In this document: positions 19,204-29,845 of the stretch, piece after piece
Layout: each line of letters opens with the position of its first letter
Position numbering within the stretch: position 1 is the stretch's first letter
From: Spirochaetota bacterium
GTDB lineage: Bacteria; Spirochaetota; UBA4802; JAFGDQ01
Length of the DNA: 64,000 bases
Assembly (NCBI GenBank): GCA_043803405.1
Contig: JAZDKB010000027.1
Span: 48,536 to 112,535 of the forward strand
Reading direction: 5' to 3'
The notes under the pieces: model-generated
Database searches by the model: none
The model's input: the letters and a program-made list of their open reading frames with translations, nothing else
What the model was told of the DNA's origin: nothing
Made by a program: the position numbers and the translations under genes

Positions 19204-19297
19204 CGCTTTATATCCATGATAAACAGTTGAGCCGGGAATATTTTAAAGAAAGGCGTGGCAATATTTTAATATGGTGCAGAAAGTGCCAGATGAACTG

Positions 19298-19906
19298 CTA
19301 TTTCAATACTCCTCTGAAATAATTGTCTATTAATGCTTCGATTGTATTTTTTTCTATTTTTATTTCCGGTTTATTTTGATAATTATTTACCATGAACAGT
19401 ATACCGCCCAGAATTACCTGTGCCGTATCTTCGGAACTGATTCCTTTGCGGCATGCGCCTTTTTTTACCATTTCATCAATATCCGCAGTTATTCTTTTTA
19501 CAATATACCCGATAAAGCTCTTTATTCTTGTCATAACGCCTTCGTCAATGCCGATTATATCCCTGAATATTAATTTTAAAACTATAGGCTCGCTAATTAT
19601 TAAAATGATAGTAGAAGTAATTCGCGCATTAATATAATCCAGAAGGGCTTTTTGAGCAGGATTTGTTTTTAAAAAATCCTGCAGATCATCAGGATCAAGC
19701 ATATCGTCCAGTTTATCTTCAATAGATTCAAGAATTGCGTATAAAATCTCGCGTTTATTGCCGAAATACTGGTACACGGTTCCGCGTGCGATCCTCAGCT
19801 CATCGCAGACTTTGCCGATGTGGGTGCTCTGAAAGCCGAATTTAATAAACATATCCTTGGCAGTATCAACGATTTGCTGTTTACGCCTGTGTCCTTTTGT
19901 CAACAT
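19298..19906 (-). CDS. TetR/AcrR family transcriptional regulator
   Basis: N-terminal HTH GFQSTHIGKVCDELRIARGTVYQYF. Confidence 0.9.
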   Translation of the reverse strand: MLTKGHRRKQQIVDTAKDMFIKFGFQSTHIGKVCDELRIARGTVYQYFGNKREILYAILESIEDKLDDMLDPDDLQDFLKTNPAQKALLDYINARITSTIILIISEPIVLKLIFRDIIGIDEGVMTRIKSFIGYIVKRITADIDEMVKKGACRKGISSEDTAQVILGGILFMVNNYQNKPEIKIEKNTIEALIDNYFRGVLK

Positions 19907-19984
19907 TACAATACTCCAATGAAAAAAATTTCCTGAAGTTCAACTATATTTCCAGAGACAATACCCGGATTACGGCTTTTTTAT

Positions 19985-20116
19985 TTAATGATTTTTTTGC
20001 CTTCCGGATTGCTGGTTATGATCTTTAATTTTTTTTATTTCATTGCGAAGAGGAATAAGGGCTTCCTGAAGCTCTTTGGTTATTCTGTCAGCTCTTTCCT
20101 GTAGTTCCCTGCTCAT
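19985..20116 (-). CDS. Possible 43-aa small helical protein (below the ORF-track cutoff)
   Basis: MSRELQERADRITKELQEALIPLRNEIKKIKDHNQQSGRQKNH*; amphipathic pattern; no clear SD. Confidence 0.4.
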   Translation of the reverse strand: MSRELQERADRITKELQEALIPLRNEIKKIKDHNQQSGRQKNH

Positions 20117-20476
20117 GACATTTTACATATTATTTTATTGAAAATTATTGCGCAAAAACCTGGAAAAACATGCGGAAAAATTTTCCGCCATAATACGGAT
20201 TTACTTTAATTGTTAAATCAAAATAAATTAAGTCAATAAAAATTAATTAATGTACAAAATAATAAAAACAGACACATATTAAACAAATATACATAAAAGA
20301 TGCAAGAACAAAATTAAATTTTTGTTTATAGTTATATTGCTTATCAAAGAACTGCCATTCTAATTAAAAGTATAAGCTGAAAAGCAAATATGGATGATTA
20401 AAATTGTACTTTAATTATCGGTATTATAAGAGATGAAAAGAGTTTATTTTAAAGATGTATTAGAGCAGTCCCGCGA

Positions 20477-21304
20477 TTATTTATTCTGCTTTGCAAGTAT
20501 TCTTTCCGCATTGCCGGAAAGGATCAGAGCTTTTACTTCTTCGCTCACAGGCAGATCCAAAACCCTGCTGATAAGCCCTTTAATGTCCGCCATTGCAGGC
20601 CAGTCGCTGCCGAATATAAAACGGTCGCCGTACTGTTCCATCCTTGGAAAAATTTCAGGCAGCTTTTTTGTAGGCATTCCGGCCAGGCCTATGTGCACAT
20701 TTTTGTATTTTGTTATCATCCACGCTGCCCTGTCGTACCAGAAGGGCCTGCCGCCGTGTTCCATTGTGATCGTAAGATCAGGAAAGTCTGTGGCAACATC
20801 ATCGAGTAAAAGAGGATCTGCGTATTTAATGCGCGTTCCAATAAAAGCGGATGTCCCGGTGTGAAACATAACAGGCATACCCAGCGATTGCACATAGCTG
20901 TAAAAAGGATAAAAGGCAGGGTCATTGGGATAAAAAAACTGGTAAGAAGGCAAAAGCTTGAATCCTTTAACTCCCAGCTTTTCTACAGCATACTTCGCCT
21001 GCTCAAGAATAGGTGTTTTACTGTACAGGCAGATTGAACCGAAGCAGATAAGTTCGTCATGGCCTTTACAGAATGCAGCAACATATTCGTTAGTTACTTC
21101 GCCTGAGCATTCCGGTCCATATTCTGCGAGCGCTATGCTGCGGTCAACATTGTGTGATTTAAAAAATCCGATTATTTTCTCAGGCGTGATATCATCATGA
21201 AAATGCTCATAATAATATGGATTGATCTTCCGGATGAATTCCAGTGTTAAAGGAATCCACTTTACAGCCGGCGCAATATGAACATGAAAATCGATAACTT
21301 TCAA
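20477..21304 (-). CDS. Amidohydrolase family protein (Amidohydro_2)
   Basis: IDFHVH, FHTG, EHGGRP and FIFGSDWP; TTG start with AGGAG. Confidence 0.9.
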   Translation of the reverse strand: MKVIDFHVHIAPAVKWIPLTLEFIRKINPYYYEHFHDDITPEKIIGFFKSHNVDRSIALAEYGPECSGEVTNEYVAAFCKGHDELICFGSICLYSKTPILEQAKYAVEKLGVKGFKLLPSYQFFYPNDPAFYPFYSYVQSLGMPVMFHTGTSAFIGTRIKYADPLLLDDVATDFPDLTITMEHGGRPFWYDRAAWMITKYKNVHIGLAGMPTKKLPEIFPRMEQYGDRFIFGSDWPAMADIKGLISRVLDLPVSEEVKALILSGNAERILAKQNK

Positions 21305-21480
21305 TGTCTGCTCCTTAAAGAAACCGCTAAAACGTTATTTTGTCTGAAAATTTAAAGCAGTTAAAGAAATGGATTTCTATATCAATAATAAATCCGATAA
21401 AAAAATTAACTCTACTAATAATATAAATATATTATTTGCTTTTACTGTAAACTTTTTCCGTATTTTATAAAAAATACTAT

Positions 21481-22428
21481 TTAATCCTGTTTGGAAGGCG
21501 TTTTACCTGCGAAAGTGTGGTCTAAACAGTCGGGATTATACGCAATCGGAGGATGATAATACTTAAAGAAAGAAGAAAAAGCGTTTCTCCATGATCCTTC
21601 GGGCAATATACCTTCGGATATGGTGCTTAAATTAAATGCAAATCCTATATAAGCATGTCTTGTTTTATACCTATAACTTGAGTGAGAAAACCAGTATCCC
21701 CTGGTGTAATATCCGAAATCGATCTGAAAATACTTCGCTATCGTGTCCTGTACAAATGGCACCCCATCGAGTTTAAGGGCAAGAATGAATTTCTGCCCTG
21801 TAACATCGCTCGTTACTTCAATCCATTTTTCCGACCTCTGATTTCTGTGGTCTTTTGACGGCCAGTATTCGATCTGAAAACCTATCAGCCTGTCAAGCGA
21901 AGGATACATATCCAGAACCATTGCGAAAAGGCCGCCTCCGAAATTCCATATCATGTCGCCCCATGAGTAACCGTAAGTATCCCCGAATCCGTCTCCGATT
22001 TCAATGCCCAGACCCATCATCTGGCCGAACAGGAATCCTTTAAATGCAGCCCATTTTTTTGAGTCACCGCTTTTTTCAAAAGCATAAGAGCCTATTCTGG
22101 AGATTGCGTAAATGCCCCATGTATGTCCAAGCTTGTCCGCGCCTCCTGTATACGAATCCTGCTCCAGTCCCCAGCCGTCGTTATTAACCTGCCATTCGGA
22201 TGCAGTGCCCCATCCCCACGCGCCAATTCCCCAGCCTAGCACAATTACAGGCACGCTGCCGAAAAGTATATAGTCCGCAGTATAGCTCTTTTTCCCGGAT
22301 GCCTGCGCATTATTATTCTGCTCAATATTATTATTGCCCGGATTTTCTTCGGCATATAGATTACATAACAAAAATATTAATATTATTAATGCAGTTATAA
22401 ATTGCTTTAAGAAATTATATTGTTTCAT
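21481..22428 (-). CDS. DUF2279/YfiM-like exported protein
   Basis: Signal peptide; GGADKLGH...EIGDG...GYSWGD...N motif; aromatic-rich C-terminal half. Confidence 0.7.
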   Translation of the reverse strand: MKQYNFLKQFITALIILIFLLCNLYAEENPGNNNIEQNNNAQASGKKSYTADYILFGSVPVIVLGWGIGAWGWGTASEWQVNNDGWGLEQDSYTGGADKLGHTWGIYAISRIGSYAFEKSGDSKKWAAFKGFLFGQMMGLGIEIGDGFGDTYGYSWGDMIWNFGGGLFAMVLDMYPSLDRLIGFQIEYWPSKDHRNQRSEKWIEVTSDVTGQKFILALKLDGVPFVQDTIAKYFQIDFGYYTRGYWFSHSSYRYKTRHAYIGFAFNLSTISEGILPEGSWRNAFSSFFKYYHPPIAYNPDCLDHTFAGKTPSKQD

Positions 22429-22433
22429 ATTTA

Positions 22434-23534
22434 TTAAATACTGTCCGGATTATTATTTAAATTTTCTGTCCTTGCTTCCGATTCATCACTAATGTAACTT
22501 ATCAGGTTCAGATTGATCTTCGCGAAAATCCTGAAGTCAATTCCCGGAGGATCTATTCCGTATAAATTTCCGGTAAACATTATATCGACAATTCTTTTGT
22601 AGCTTAATATGTTATAGTCCAGCCTTATCCTGTTTAAAATATTTTCTCTTTTTAAATAAAAGACATGTGAATCCTGGTGATAATAATTATGATTATAAAA
22701 GCACTGATAGGATAAATCGAATCTGCCGGATGCGTACCCGATAGTGCCGCTTCCCGCATGGCCGTATGTAGATGCCTTGCGGTTCTGGGAAAACGAGCTA
22801 AGATAATAAGCGGCTTCTGCGTAAAATCCTTTATAAGTAAATCCCAGTGCCGGAGAATTTACAATATCCTGTTCAATTTTCACAGGATGCGTGTCCTTGT
22901 TTAGCTGGCCGCCCCTGTGATGATAATGGTCGAAAAATTTATAATAAAAATATTCGGAAAAGTTGTGCTTAAGGAGAAGCCCGGCGATAAATTCCTCAGG
23001 ATGTTCTTCGGTATCAAGCTTTATCCAGTCAAGAAACGCAGCGGCATTGATTGTCTTTTTTTTAATATCTAATTTCAGCCCGCTTGCGACAGGCCTTTGC
23101 TCAAAAAAAAGAAATTCATTGTAAATAGTATTCGGATAACGCATTAAATTCGGATAATTCCCGATAATAAATTCAGAATCATTCCACGGATAAAATACGG
23201 CATTCATGTAAGGGTACATTCTTTCAGGGGATTTATCTTTATCATACTGCACATAAACATGCCTGTACCATCCGCCCGCGTTAAGCTGCACAGGCGCAGT
23301 GTTTATCTGTAAATAAGGAATAATAATATGCCCTATATTGGTTCTGCCGGGATAAGGATGGTCGTCGTATTCCAGATCGGCAAGGTCGATATATTGATCG
23401 AGCTGTATGTTAATCGAATCTATTTCTTCCGGAATAAAAACATCGGCAAATAAAATCGAATGACAAAACGCAGTAAGAATAAATAGTAAAATACTTATCC
23501 TGAATAATGTTAAGCCAGGAATGAAATTTTTCAT
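22434..23534 (-). CDS. Hypothetical, probable outer-membrane beta-barrel protein
   Basis: Signal peptide; alternating aromatic/hydrophobic strands; HHRGGQ motif. Confidence 0.55.
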   Translation of the reverse strand: MKNFIPGLTLFRISILLFILTAFCHSILFADVFIPEEIDSINIQLDQYIDLADLEYDDHPYPGRTNIGHIIIPYLQINTAPVQLNAGGWYRHVYVQYDKDKSPERMYPYMNAVFYPWNDSEFIIGNYPNLMRYPNTIYNEFLFFEQRPVASGLKLDIKKKTINAAAFLDWIKLDTEEHPEEFIAGLLLKHNFSEYFYYKFFDHYHHRGGQLNKDTHPVKIEQDIVNSPALGFTYKGFYAEAAYYLSSFSQNRKASTYGHAGSGTIGYASGRFDLSYQCFYNHNYYHQDSHVFYLKRENILNRIRLDYNILSYKRIVDIMFTGNLYGIDPPGIDFRIFAKINLNLISYISDESEARTENLNNNPDSI

Positions 23535-23565
23535 GATTATTCAGCCAAAACTGTATTATGCATAT

Positions 23566-24687
23566 TTATTTATTCTTGCTTTTATCGATAATAGCCTGAG
23601 CCGCGGGATTCATGAATACTACGCTTACTTTATAATCCCCGTCAAAATACCTGTCAAGAGCGCGGTTAATTATGCGCATCGGATCAAGCAGAAAAGAAAA
23701 TATTTTGCCGTAAACGCTGTTAGGCAAACACTGATCTACATAAATACTGGACTGCCGGAAAGCCTCGCCTACAAGAGCACCTCCGAAGGATGTAAATATC
23801 ATGTCGTTTGCCGAGCTTCGTTCCCTCCATTCTCCTACATACTCCCATATAAAACTGCCTGTAAATGCCCACGCAGCTGAAGCAGCTATGCCGTACTCAT
23901 TGCTGCGCGCGATCTGATAGTACACTGCGCCCGCGTAAATATGATATACTGTATTAGTGCGGAAAGCGTTGGTATCATAAGACCAGCCATCGCGGAAACG
24001 CGGCCACACGTCTTCCCATCTATATTTATAGCGCCAGTCTTCCATGTTAGCGTCTTTGTTTATCCAGTAATTGGCCATGCCAACGCCTGTCAATATAGTA
24101 AGTTCACTGAGAGTCCTTACAAAGCGGTGAGTAGGCGAAAATCCTGTATGAACCGTGAGATCGTATCCGCTCACTTCCGTTCCATTGTTGTCTTTATAAT
24201 TTACGGAAACATTCTCAATAACATCTGAAAAGCCGGCTGTTTGCGCTAATGTGTCCGGCATAGTTGAACTGCGCAAATTATAGGCAAAATCGGTCATAGT
24301 CTGAATCGATTTTTTCTGCCTGTAAGAATTTTTACGCGGTATGTCCCACCGGATCATGATGTTCTGTCTGAGTGAATCGTTTGTAAAAATAGTAAAAGAA
24401 GCCTGTTCATCAGTTTCTGTACTTTTCAATCCACTTGCCAGAGAAAAGTTTTCGGCTGATTTATCCTTCGAACTAAGTTTATCTACAGGGGAATATTGAG
24501 TTAGAAAATTATTCGCTGCAAAAAATCCGGAATCGAACAGATTTTTTAAAACAGGGAATCCGGATGCGCTGTCGCTAAGCATCAGCACTGCAGGCAGCTT
24601 TTTATTTTCGTCAGCATACGAATGAGCGATCGTCGCTGCGATTATAAAAACCATCAGTAATATTTTAAAATAAAACGATTTCATCAA
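23566..24687 (-). CDS. DUF3943-like exported protein
   Basis: D..RTN..YHIYAGAVYYQIARSN...S..WEY.GE...SANDM...GG...GE motif. Confidence 0.7.
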   Translation of the reverse strand: MMKSFYFKILLMVFIIAATIAHSYADENKKLPAVLMLSDSASGFPVLKNLFDSGFFAANNFLTQYSPVDKLSSKDKSAENFSLASGLKSTETDEQASFTIFTNDSLRQNIMIRWDIPRKNSYRQKKSIQTMTDFAYNLRSSTMPDTLAQTAGFSDVIENVSVNYKDNNGTEVSGYDLTVHTGFSPTHRFVRTLSELTILTGVGMANYWINKDANMEDWRYKYRWEDVWPRFRDGWSYDTNAFRTNTVYHIYAGAVYYQIARSNEYGIAASAAWAFTGSFIWEYVGEWRERSSANDMIFTSFGGALVGEAFRQSSIYVDQCLPNSVYGKIFSFLLDPMRIINRALDRYFDGDYKVSVVFMNPAAQAIIDKSKNK

Positions 24688-24698
24688 GTCATCCGGTA

Positions 24699-26009
24699 TT
24701 AAAAATAATTTTTAAGTTCAATGATCAATCTGTTCCATGCATGGGTCTTTGTTTTATCATTAAGCATGCTTTCGATAAACCAGCGCTCGTACTGAACATT
24801 CAGCAAAACATCATAGGAAAGATAATAACCGATTGCGCCCTTTGCTATATGCAGCATGTCGTATAAATCATTCGTAAAAATCGGATAAAAGAAATAATAA
24901 TTATATGCTGCTTCAAAACGGAAGCCGAAAACATGATCAGCGCAAAGCGACAGGCGCGCGGGCAATGTATAGCTGAAATAATAATTTTGCTTTCTATATT
25001 TTATTGAACGGAATGCGCTGCTCATGTTCTGCTCTTCATCTTCCGTTGTGCCTGCTATTGAAAGCGAGGAAGGCCCTACTCCCATGCCAGCGCCGGCCAT
25101 AAACTCTGCGGAATACAGGCTTCCGCCGCTGCGGCGCGAAATAAGAATATTCCACTGAAGCACGCGCCAGATCATGTACTGCATATAGGGTTCTGTTTCG
25201 TAAACTTCGCGGTCCCATTTCATGGTTGAGTCGCTGAAGCCCGGCCTGAAATATTCCAGCCCGCTGAACAGACCGTACATTAAGCGCGTACCGTGATCGG
25301 CTGTGCCGCTGTATTTATTTTTTCCGAAAAGCAGTAAATCTATATTAAAAAAATTCTCGTGCACATGACTCGCCCAGTCGAAATACAGGTTAAACGATAT
25401 GTAATTGCCGAATGTCAAGGGCGTCTCTTTCTGAAATATGTTTGCAGACGGATCATAAGTCAGCTGCCACGATAAATGCAGCTTGCCTTTTGCGTATGCA
25501 GGGTAAAATTCGCTGCCGTCGTGCGTGCGCGCATAACCAAGCGAGAAGATCGAAGAATAAGCTTTGCGGAAATCGCCTACGCCTTCGCGCATAACCGCGG
25601 CAGGCATGAGCGCGGAAACAACAATATCCCGAAACCGTTCATCATCTTTTATGACAGTTTCCTGAAGCCAGAATGTTTTCGATGTTTGTTTCCCGTTTTT
25701 ATTTATCAGTATTGTGAAAAGATAATAATTATCGGAATAGCCTGCATCCAACCGGACAGATATTTCATCATAGCGGTGGTCTTCAAGCCGGAAAGCCTTT
25801 ACATGGCGGCCTTCCAGAACAGGGCTCCAGCCGGCTTTTTTTAGAATGATCTGAAATTGATTAAGCAGATACGCTGACCGCTCTTCCAGGAAGGGTTTCT
25901 TTTTTTCATTTTCAGGATAGATTACGGCATTGTTTTGAACAGCAAATGAAGGAAGTATAAAAATACTCAGGCATGAAAACAATACGGCTGATAAAATTGC
26001 TGATTTCAT
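24699..26009 (-). CDS. Hypothetical, probable outer-membrane beta-barrel protein
   Basis: Signal peptide; amphipathic strands; terminal ...IELKNYF. Confidence 0.6.
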   Translation of the reverse strand: MKSAILSAVLFSCLSIFILPSFAVQNNAVIYPENEKKKPFLEERSAYLLNQFQIILKKAGWSPVLEGRHVKAFRLEDHRYDEISVRLDAGYSDNYYLFTILINKNGKQTSKTFWLQETVIKDDERFRDIVVSALMPAAVMREGVGDFRKAYSSIFSLGYARTHDGSEFYPAYAKGKLHLSWQLTYDPSANIFQKETPLTFGNYISFNLYFDWASHVHENFFNIDLLLFGKNKYSGTADHGTRLMYGLFSGLEYFRPGFSDSTMKWDREVYETEPYMQYMIWRVLQWNILISRRSGGSLYSAEFMAGAGMGVGPSSLSIAGTTEDEEQNMSSAFRSIKYRKQNYYFSYTLPARLSLCADHVFGFRFEAAYNYYFFYPIFTNDLYDMLHIAKGAIGYYLSYDVLLNVQYERWFIESMLNDKTKTHAWNRLIIELKNYF

Positions 26010-26105
26010 ATTTATTTTAAGGGCTTGTAGCCGACTTCATTTATAACTTTTTTATTATAAATCTGAAGATTGGTATTGATTTTGCAGTATAATGTCAATA
26101 ACTTT

Positions 26106-27104
26106 TCAGACGCGGGGTTTTACGTCAACAGAAAGATTGTTTATTAAATTGCGGCTATAGTAATGATAGCCTATGCCTGCCACCATTGCCGCGTTATCCG
26201 TGCAAAGTACGGGAGATGGGATAAGCAACCGTTCGCCATCGGCTTTTTCTTCGCGGAGCATTTCCCTTAGCCTGCCGTTGGCAGCCACTCCGCCTGCGAT
26301 CACAATATCTTTTATATTATTCTGCCTGGCAGCTTTAAATACTTTGCGCACAAGAACTTCCAGTGCTCTTTCCTGAAAACTATACACTATTTCTGCTGCA
26401 TCTGCACAGGGATTTTCTTTTACATACGTGACCACTGCTGTTTTAAGTCCGCTGTAGCTGAACCTGTAATCATTCGAGTTAGCAAGTATCTTGGGGAATA
26501 TCTTTTTTTTAATAATTGCCTGTTTTGCCAGTTTTTCAATAACGGGACCGCCGGGATATCCCAGGTTCAAAAACTTCGCTACTTTATCGAACGCCTCTCC
26601 TGCTGCATCGTCCGCTGTCTTGCCGAGCAGCTCCATGCTGCCTGCATCCCTGACTATGTACAGGCTGGTATTGCCGCCGGAAACAAGAAGTCCTGTAAAC
26701 GGATAAACAGGCGCCGCGTCTTCAAGAAATGGCGCGTACAGATGGGCTTCGAGATGATTGACTGCGATTAAAGGAATGCGGAGTGCATACGAGATTGCCT
26801 TTGCTGACTGGAGCGCGATTAAAAGCGAACCTACAAGCCCCGGTCTTGCTGTTGCTGCCACGTAATCCAGCTCGGAAAAGCTGACGCCTGCTTCTTCCAG
26901 CGCAATATTTATTAGCCAGTTAATTGCTTCAAGATGAGCCCTTGACGCGATCTCCGGCACTACACCGTAATATTCCTTATGCAGATCTATCTGGCTCTTT
27001 ATTGCATTTGACAGGATTTGCTTCCCGTTTTTTACAATAGCTGCAGAAGTTTCATCGCAGGAACTTTCCAGGCCAAGTCCGATTATATCACTATTTTTCC
27101 CCAT
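26106..27104 (-). CDS. tsaD: tRNA N6-adenosine threonylcarbamoyltransferase
   Basis: ESSCDET, GVVPEIASRAH, HLEAH, VSGG, DDAAGEAFDK and CTDNAAM. Confidence 0.96.
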   Translation of the reverse strand: MGKNSDIIGLGLESSCDETSAAIVKNGKQILSNAIKSQIDLHKEYYGVVPEIASRAHLEAINWLINIALEEAGVSFSELDYVAATARPGLVGSLLIALQSAKAISYALRIPLIAVNHLEAHLYAPFLEDAAPVYPFTGLLVSGGNTSLYIVRDAGSMELLGKTADDAAGEAFDKVAKFLNLGYPGGPVIEKLAKQAIIKKKIFPKILANSNDYRFSYSGLKTAVVTYVKENPCADAAEIVYSFQERALEVLVRKVFKAARQNNIKDIVIAGGVAANGRLREMLREEKADGERLLIPSPVLCTDNAAMVAGIGYHYYSRNLINNLSVDVKPRV

Positions 27105-27120
27105 GTATATGTTGCAAAGC

Positions 27121-28494
27121 TTAAAGCGTGTTTATGATCCTGATTGCTTCGCCAAGCTGATTGTCAAACTCAAGATCATACAGGGGGCTTTTCGTGTATT
27201 TATATAGTTCTCTTTTTAAAATAAAGTTCGCGCTTTTCTCTGAAACGGAAAGATTTTTTTCCTTAAGCAGAGCCATGAATTTATTTTTATTAGCCTGGTT
27301 ATATTCTTTGTTCTCTTTTGCAAACTTTTCGAGTGTTTTGTTTTTATAAAGGATTTTTATTTTATCGGAGTCTTCTTTCGATATTTCCTCAGCCTTTACA
27401 ACATAATCGGGCGTAATGCCTTTGCCGTGTATCGATATCCCGGATGGTGTATAATATTTTGCTATTGTTAGTGTAACCCCTACATTCTCATCAAGATTAA
27501 ACAGCTTCTGAACAGAGCCTTTGCCGAAAGTCTTTGTGCCAAGCAGTTTACCGCGTTTATTGTCCCTGATTGCCCCGGAAAATATTTCGGATGCAGAGGC
27601 GCTGCCGTTATTAACCAGCACAATCACCTTTCCTTTATACAGCGACTCCGTCTCGGACCTGAATTCGGAAACATTTGCCGTGCCCTCTCTCCCCCTTGTA
27701 GAAACGACCAGCTGATCCTTCTCAAGAAAATAGCCGCTTATCTTTATAGCTTTATCCAGCAACCCGCCCGGATTCCACCTGAGATCCACAACAACTCTTT
27801 CGATTTTATTTTTATTAAAAAATTTCAGAGCCTCTTCGACATCCCTTGAGGTTTCGGCGCTGAAAACCTTAATTTTCAAATATCCTATCTTATCATTTTC
27901 CTTAAATATGCCATAAGAAACAGTGTCAATTTTAATAGGCACTCTTTCAATTACGAAGTCCAGCGGCTCGTCAAAATCAGCGCGCTTTATCGTAAGCTTT
28001 ACTTTTGTATGCGGCATGCCCTTTATAAGTTTAATGATCTCGGAAAGTTCTTTGTCCTTGGTTGCTACATCGTCAACTTTAATTATTACATCCTCCGAAT
28101 GAACGCCTGCTTTCATTGCCGGGGTGTCCTCTATCGGGGATATTACAACAATCTCGCCGTCCCTTATTGTCACCTCGATTCCAATGCCTACGAACTGGCC
28201 TGTAGTGTCTTCCTTTAATGCGGAATAGCTTTCTTCATCAAGGAACTTGGAGTACGGATCGTTTAAAGAGCTGATTGCCCCGCGTATTGCCCCGTAAAAA
28301 ATGTTCTTGTTATCCGGAACATCCACAAAGTTGGTTTTAATGGTCTGGTAAACCTGGTGAAAATAATCGAGATACTTGAACGAAGGATCAGTATCGGCTC
28401 TTGACTGGCCCGAAATGCATATACCGAAAAATACGCCGAACAGAAATGTAATAATTGCAATGTGCATTTTTAATTCTTTTATTCGTTTTAACAT
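27121..28494 (-). CDS. ctpA: S41A carboxyl-terminal processing protease
   Basis: PDZ (GIGIE), DLRWNPGG, SASASEI and TFGKGSVQ. Confidence 0.93.
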   Translation of the reverse strand: MLKRIKELKMHIAIITFLFGVFFGICISGQSRADTDPSFKYLDYFHQVYQTIKTNFVDVPDNKNIFYGAIRGAISSLNDPYSKFLDEESYSALKEDTTGQFVGIGIEVTIRDGEIVVISPIEDTPAMKAGVHSEDVIIKVDDVATKDKELSEIIKLIKGMPHTKVKLTIKRADFDEPLDFVIERVPIKIDTVSYGIFKENDKIGYLKIKVFSAETSRDVEEALKFFNKNKIERVVVDLRWNPGGLLDKAIKISGYFLEKDQLVVSTRGREGTANVSEFRSETESLYKGKVIVLVNNGSASASEIFSGAIRDNKRGKLLGTKTFGKGSVQKLFNLDENVGVTLTIAKYYTPSGISIHGKGITPDYVVKAEEISKEDSDKIKILYKNKTLEKFAKENKEYNQANKNKFMALLKEKNLSVSEKSANFILKRELYKYTKSPLYDLEFDNQLGEAIRIINTL

Positions 28495-28603
28495 ATAACC
28501 TCGGTTATGATATAGTTGACGAAAACCTTCTGAAAGATATAAACTCTTTTAAGCTGCAGATGTTTTGTGCGCGCATAAATACGAATCCACAGACAGGCCG
28601 GTT

Positions 28604-28873
28604 TTATTCGGCAAATATTTTATTATATTTATCGCTGTGATTCTTTTTCATGAATGCTTTAAACTCTTCAGGATTGATTTTATTTGCAGATAAAAGTTCG
28701 GTGAGTATTTTCTCTCTCTGGGAAATAGACTGCTTCTCGTCAAAGCTTTCTTCGAATTCCCTGCGCAGATATTCCTGCCATACAAGCTTAAACTCCTTTT
28801 CGGAGATCGGTTTTGCGGAACAGCCGGATAATGCGATTACAGCAGCAGTAAAAAACATTAAAACTTTTTTCAT
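28604..28873 (-). CDS. Small hypothetical lipoprotein
   Basis: MKK leader with ALSGC lipobox; AGGA SD. Confidence 0.75.
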   Translation of the reverse strand: MKKVLMFFTAAVIALSGCSAKPISEKEFKLVWQEYLRREFEESFDEKQSISQREKILTELLSANKINPEEFKAFMKKNHSDKYNKIFAE

Positions 28874-29001
28874 ATTATTCCTTTTATTTATTTTAACTAG
28901 AATTAACCTTAAATATATTTATATAATTTATTGTTCTATAGTAGTTAGTTTGGATAATAAGATAAGGTTCAGTCTGTGTCAATGAATTTTGTTTTTAGGA
29001 A

Positions 29002-29613
29002 TTACCTGTAACCATGTTCATTTTTTAAAATTACAGACGCGAAATTTGTTAGAATAAGAGCGGTCATTCCCCATATCTCATAACCGTTATATGAATAATA
29101 AAAGACTTTTCTGGTCTCTCCGTCAAAATAGTAATCCTCTTCTCTGTAATATTCCTTATTGTAAAAAAGCGACAAAGGCGCTTCAAAGCACGATTCGATC
29201 TCATCTTTGTTCTCCTTATATTCATAAGGATATTTAATTGAACCGATAAAAGTATGCACATGAAAATCGCTTATTGAGATCATCTCGTCAAATTCGCCCA
29301 GAATTTCGACATCTGCGGGATTGATGCCTGCTTCTTCGAACGTTTCGCGCAGAGCGGTATCGAGAATGCTTTTATCGTCCTTTTCCCGCGCCCCGCCCGG
29401 AAAAGACACCTGGCCTTTATGCGTTTTCACTTTATGTGTTCTCTGCGTCAGAAAAACATAAGCCTCGTTATTTTTATTCATTATAAGCATAAGCACAGAT
29501 GCCGGAGTTGACCCATGGTTTTCGGCCTGATGCTTGCATCTGTTTTCGAGCCTGAATTTAATTTCTTTTTTAAAAGCAGCATAATCCTGTTCGGAATAAA
29601 AACGCAAATCCAT
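29002..29613 (-). CDS. Nudix hydrolase, CoA pyrophosphatase type
   Basis: LTQR...HKGQVSFPGG...TALRETFEEAG; IWGMTA. Confidence 0.9.
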   Translation of the reverse strand: MDLRFYSEQDYAAFKKEIKFRLENRCKHQAENHGSTPASVLMLIMNKNNEAYVFLTQRTHKVKTHKGQVSFPGGAREKDDKSILDTALRETFEEAGINPADVEILGEFDEMISISDFHVHTFIGSIKYPYEYKENKDEIESCFEAPLSLFYNKEYYREEDYYFDGETRKVFYYSYNGYEIWGMTALILTNFASVILKNEHGYR

Positions 29614-29845
29614 TAAAATACTCCAAAATATTGATGGTAATCATTGTTAACTATAACAACAATTGTCAAGTTGGATTATTAAACTATTTTTCCAGCTTTG
29701 CAAATAATTTTTTTATTTTATTTGTTGATTATTATTCAATAGACTTGTTGACATAATTAAGGCAATAACATTAAGCATTGCATATTTTTCGACAGGTCTG
29801 ATAAATTCAGAGATTATTTTTGATTATTATATTCCGGAGATATCG

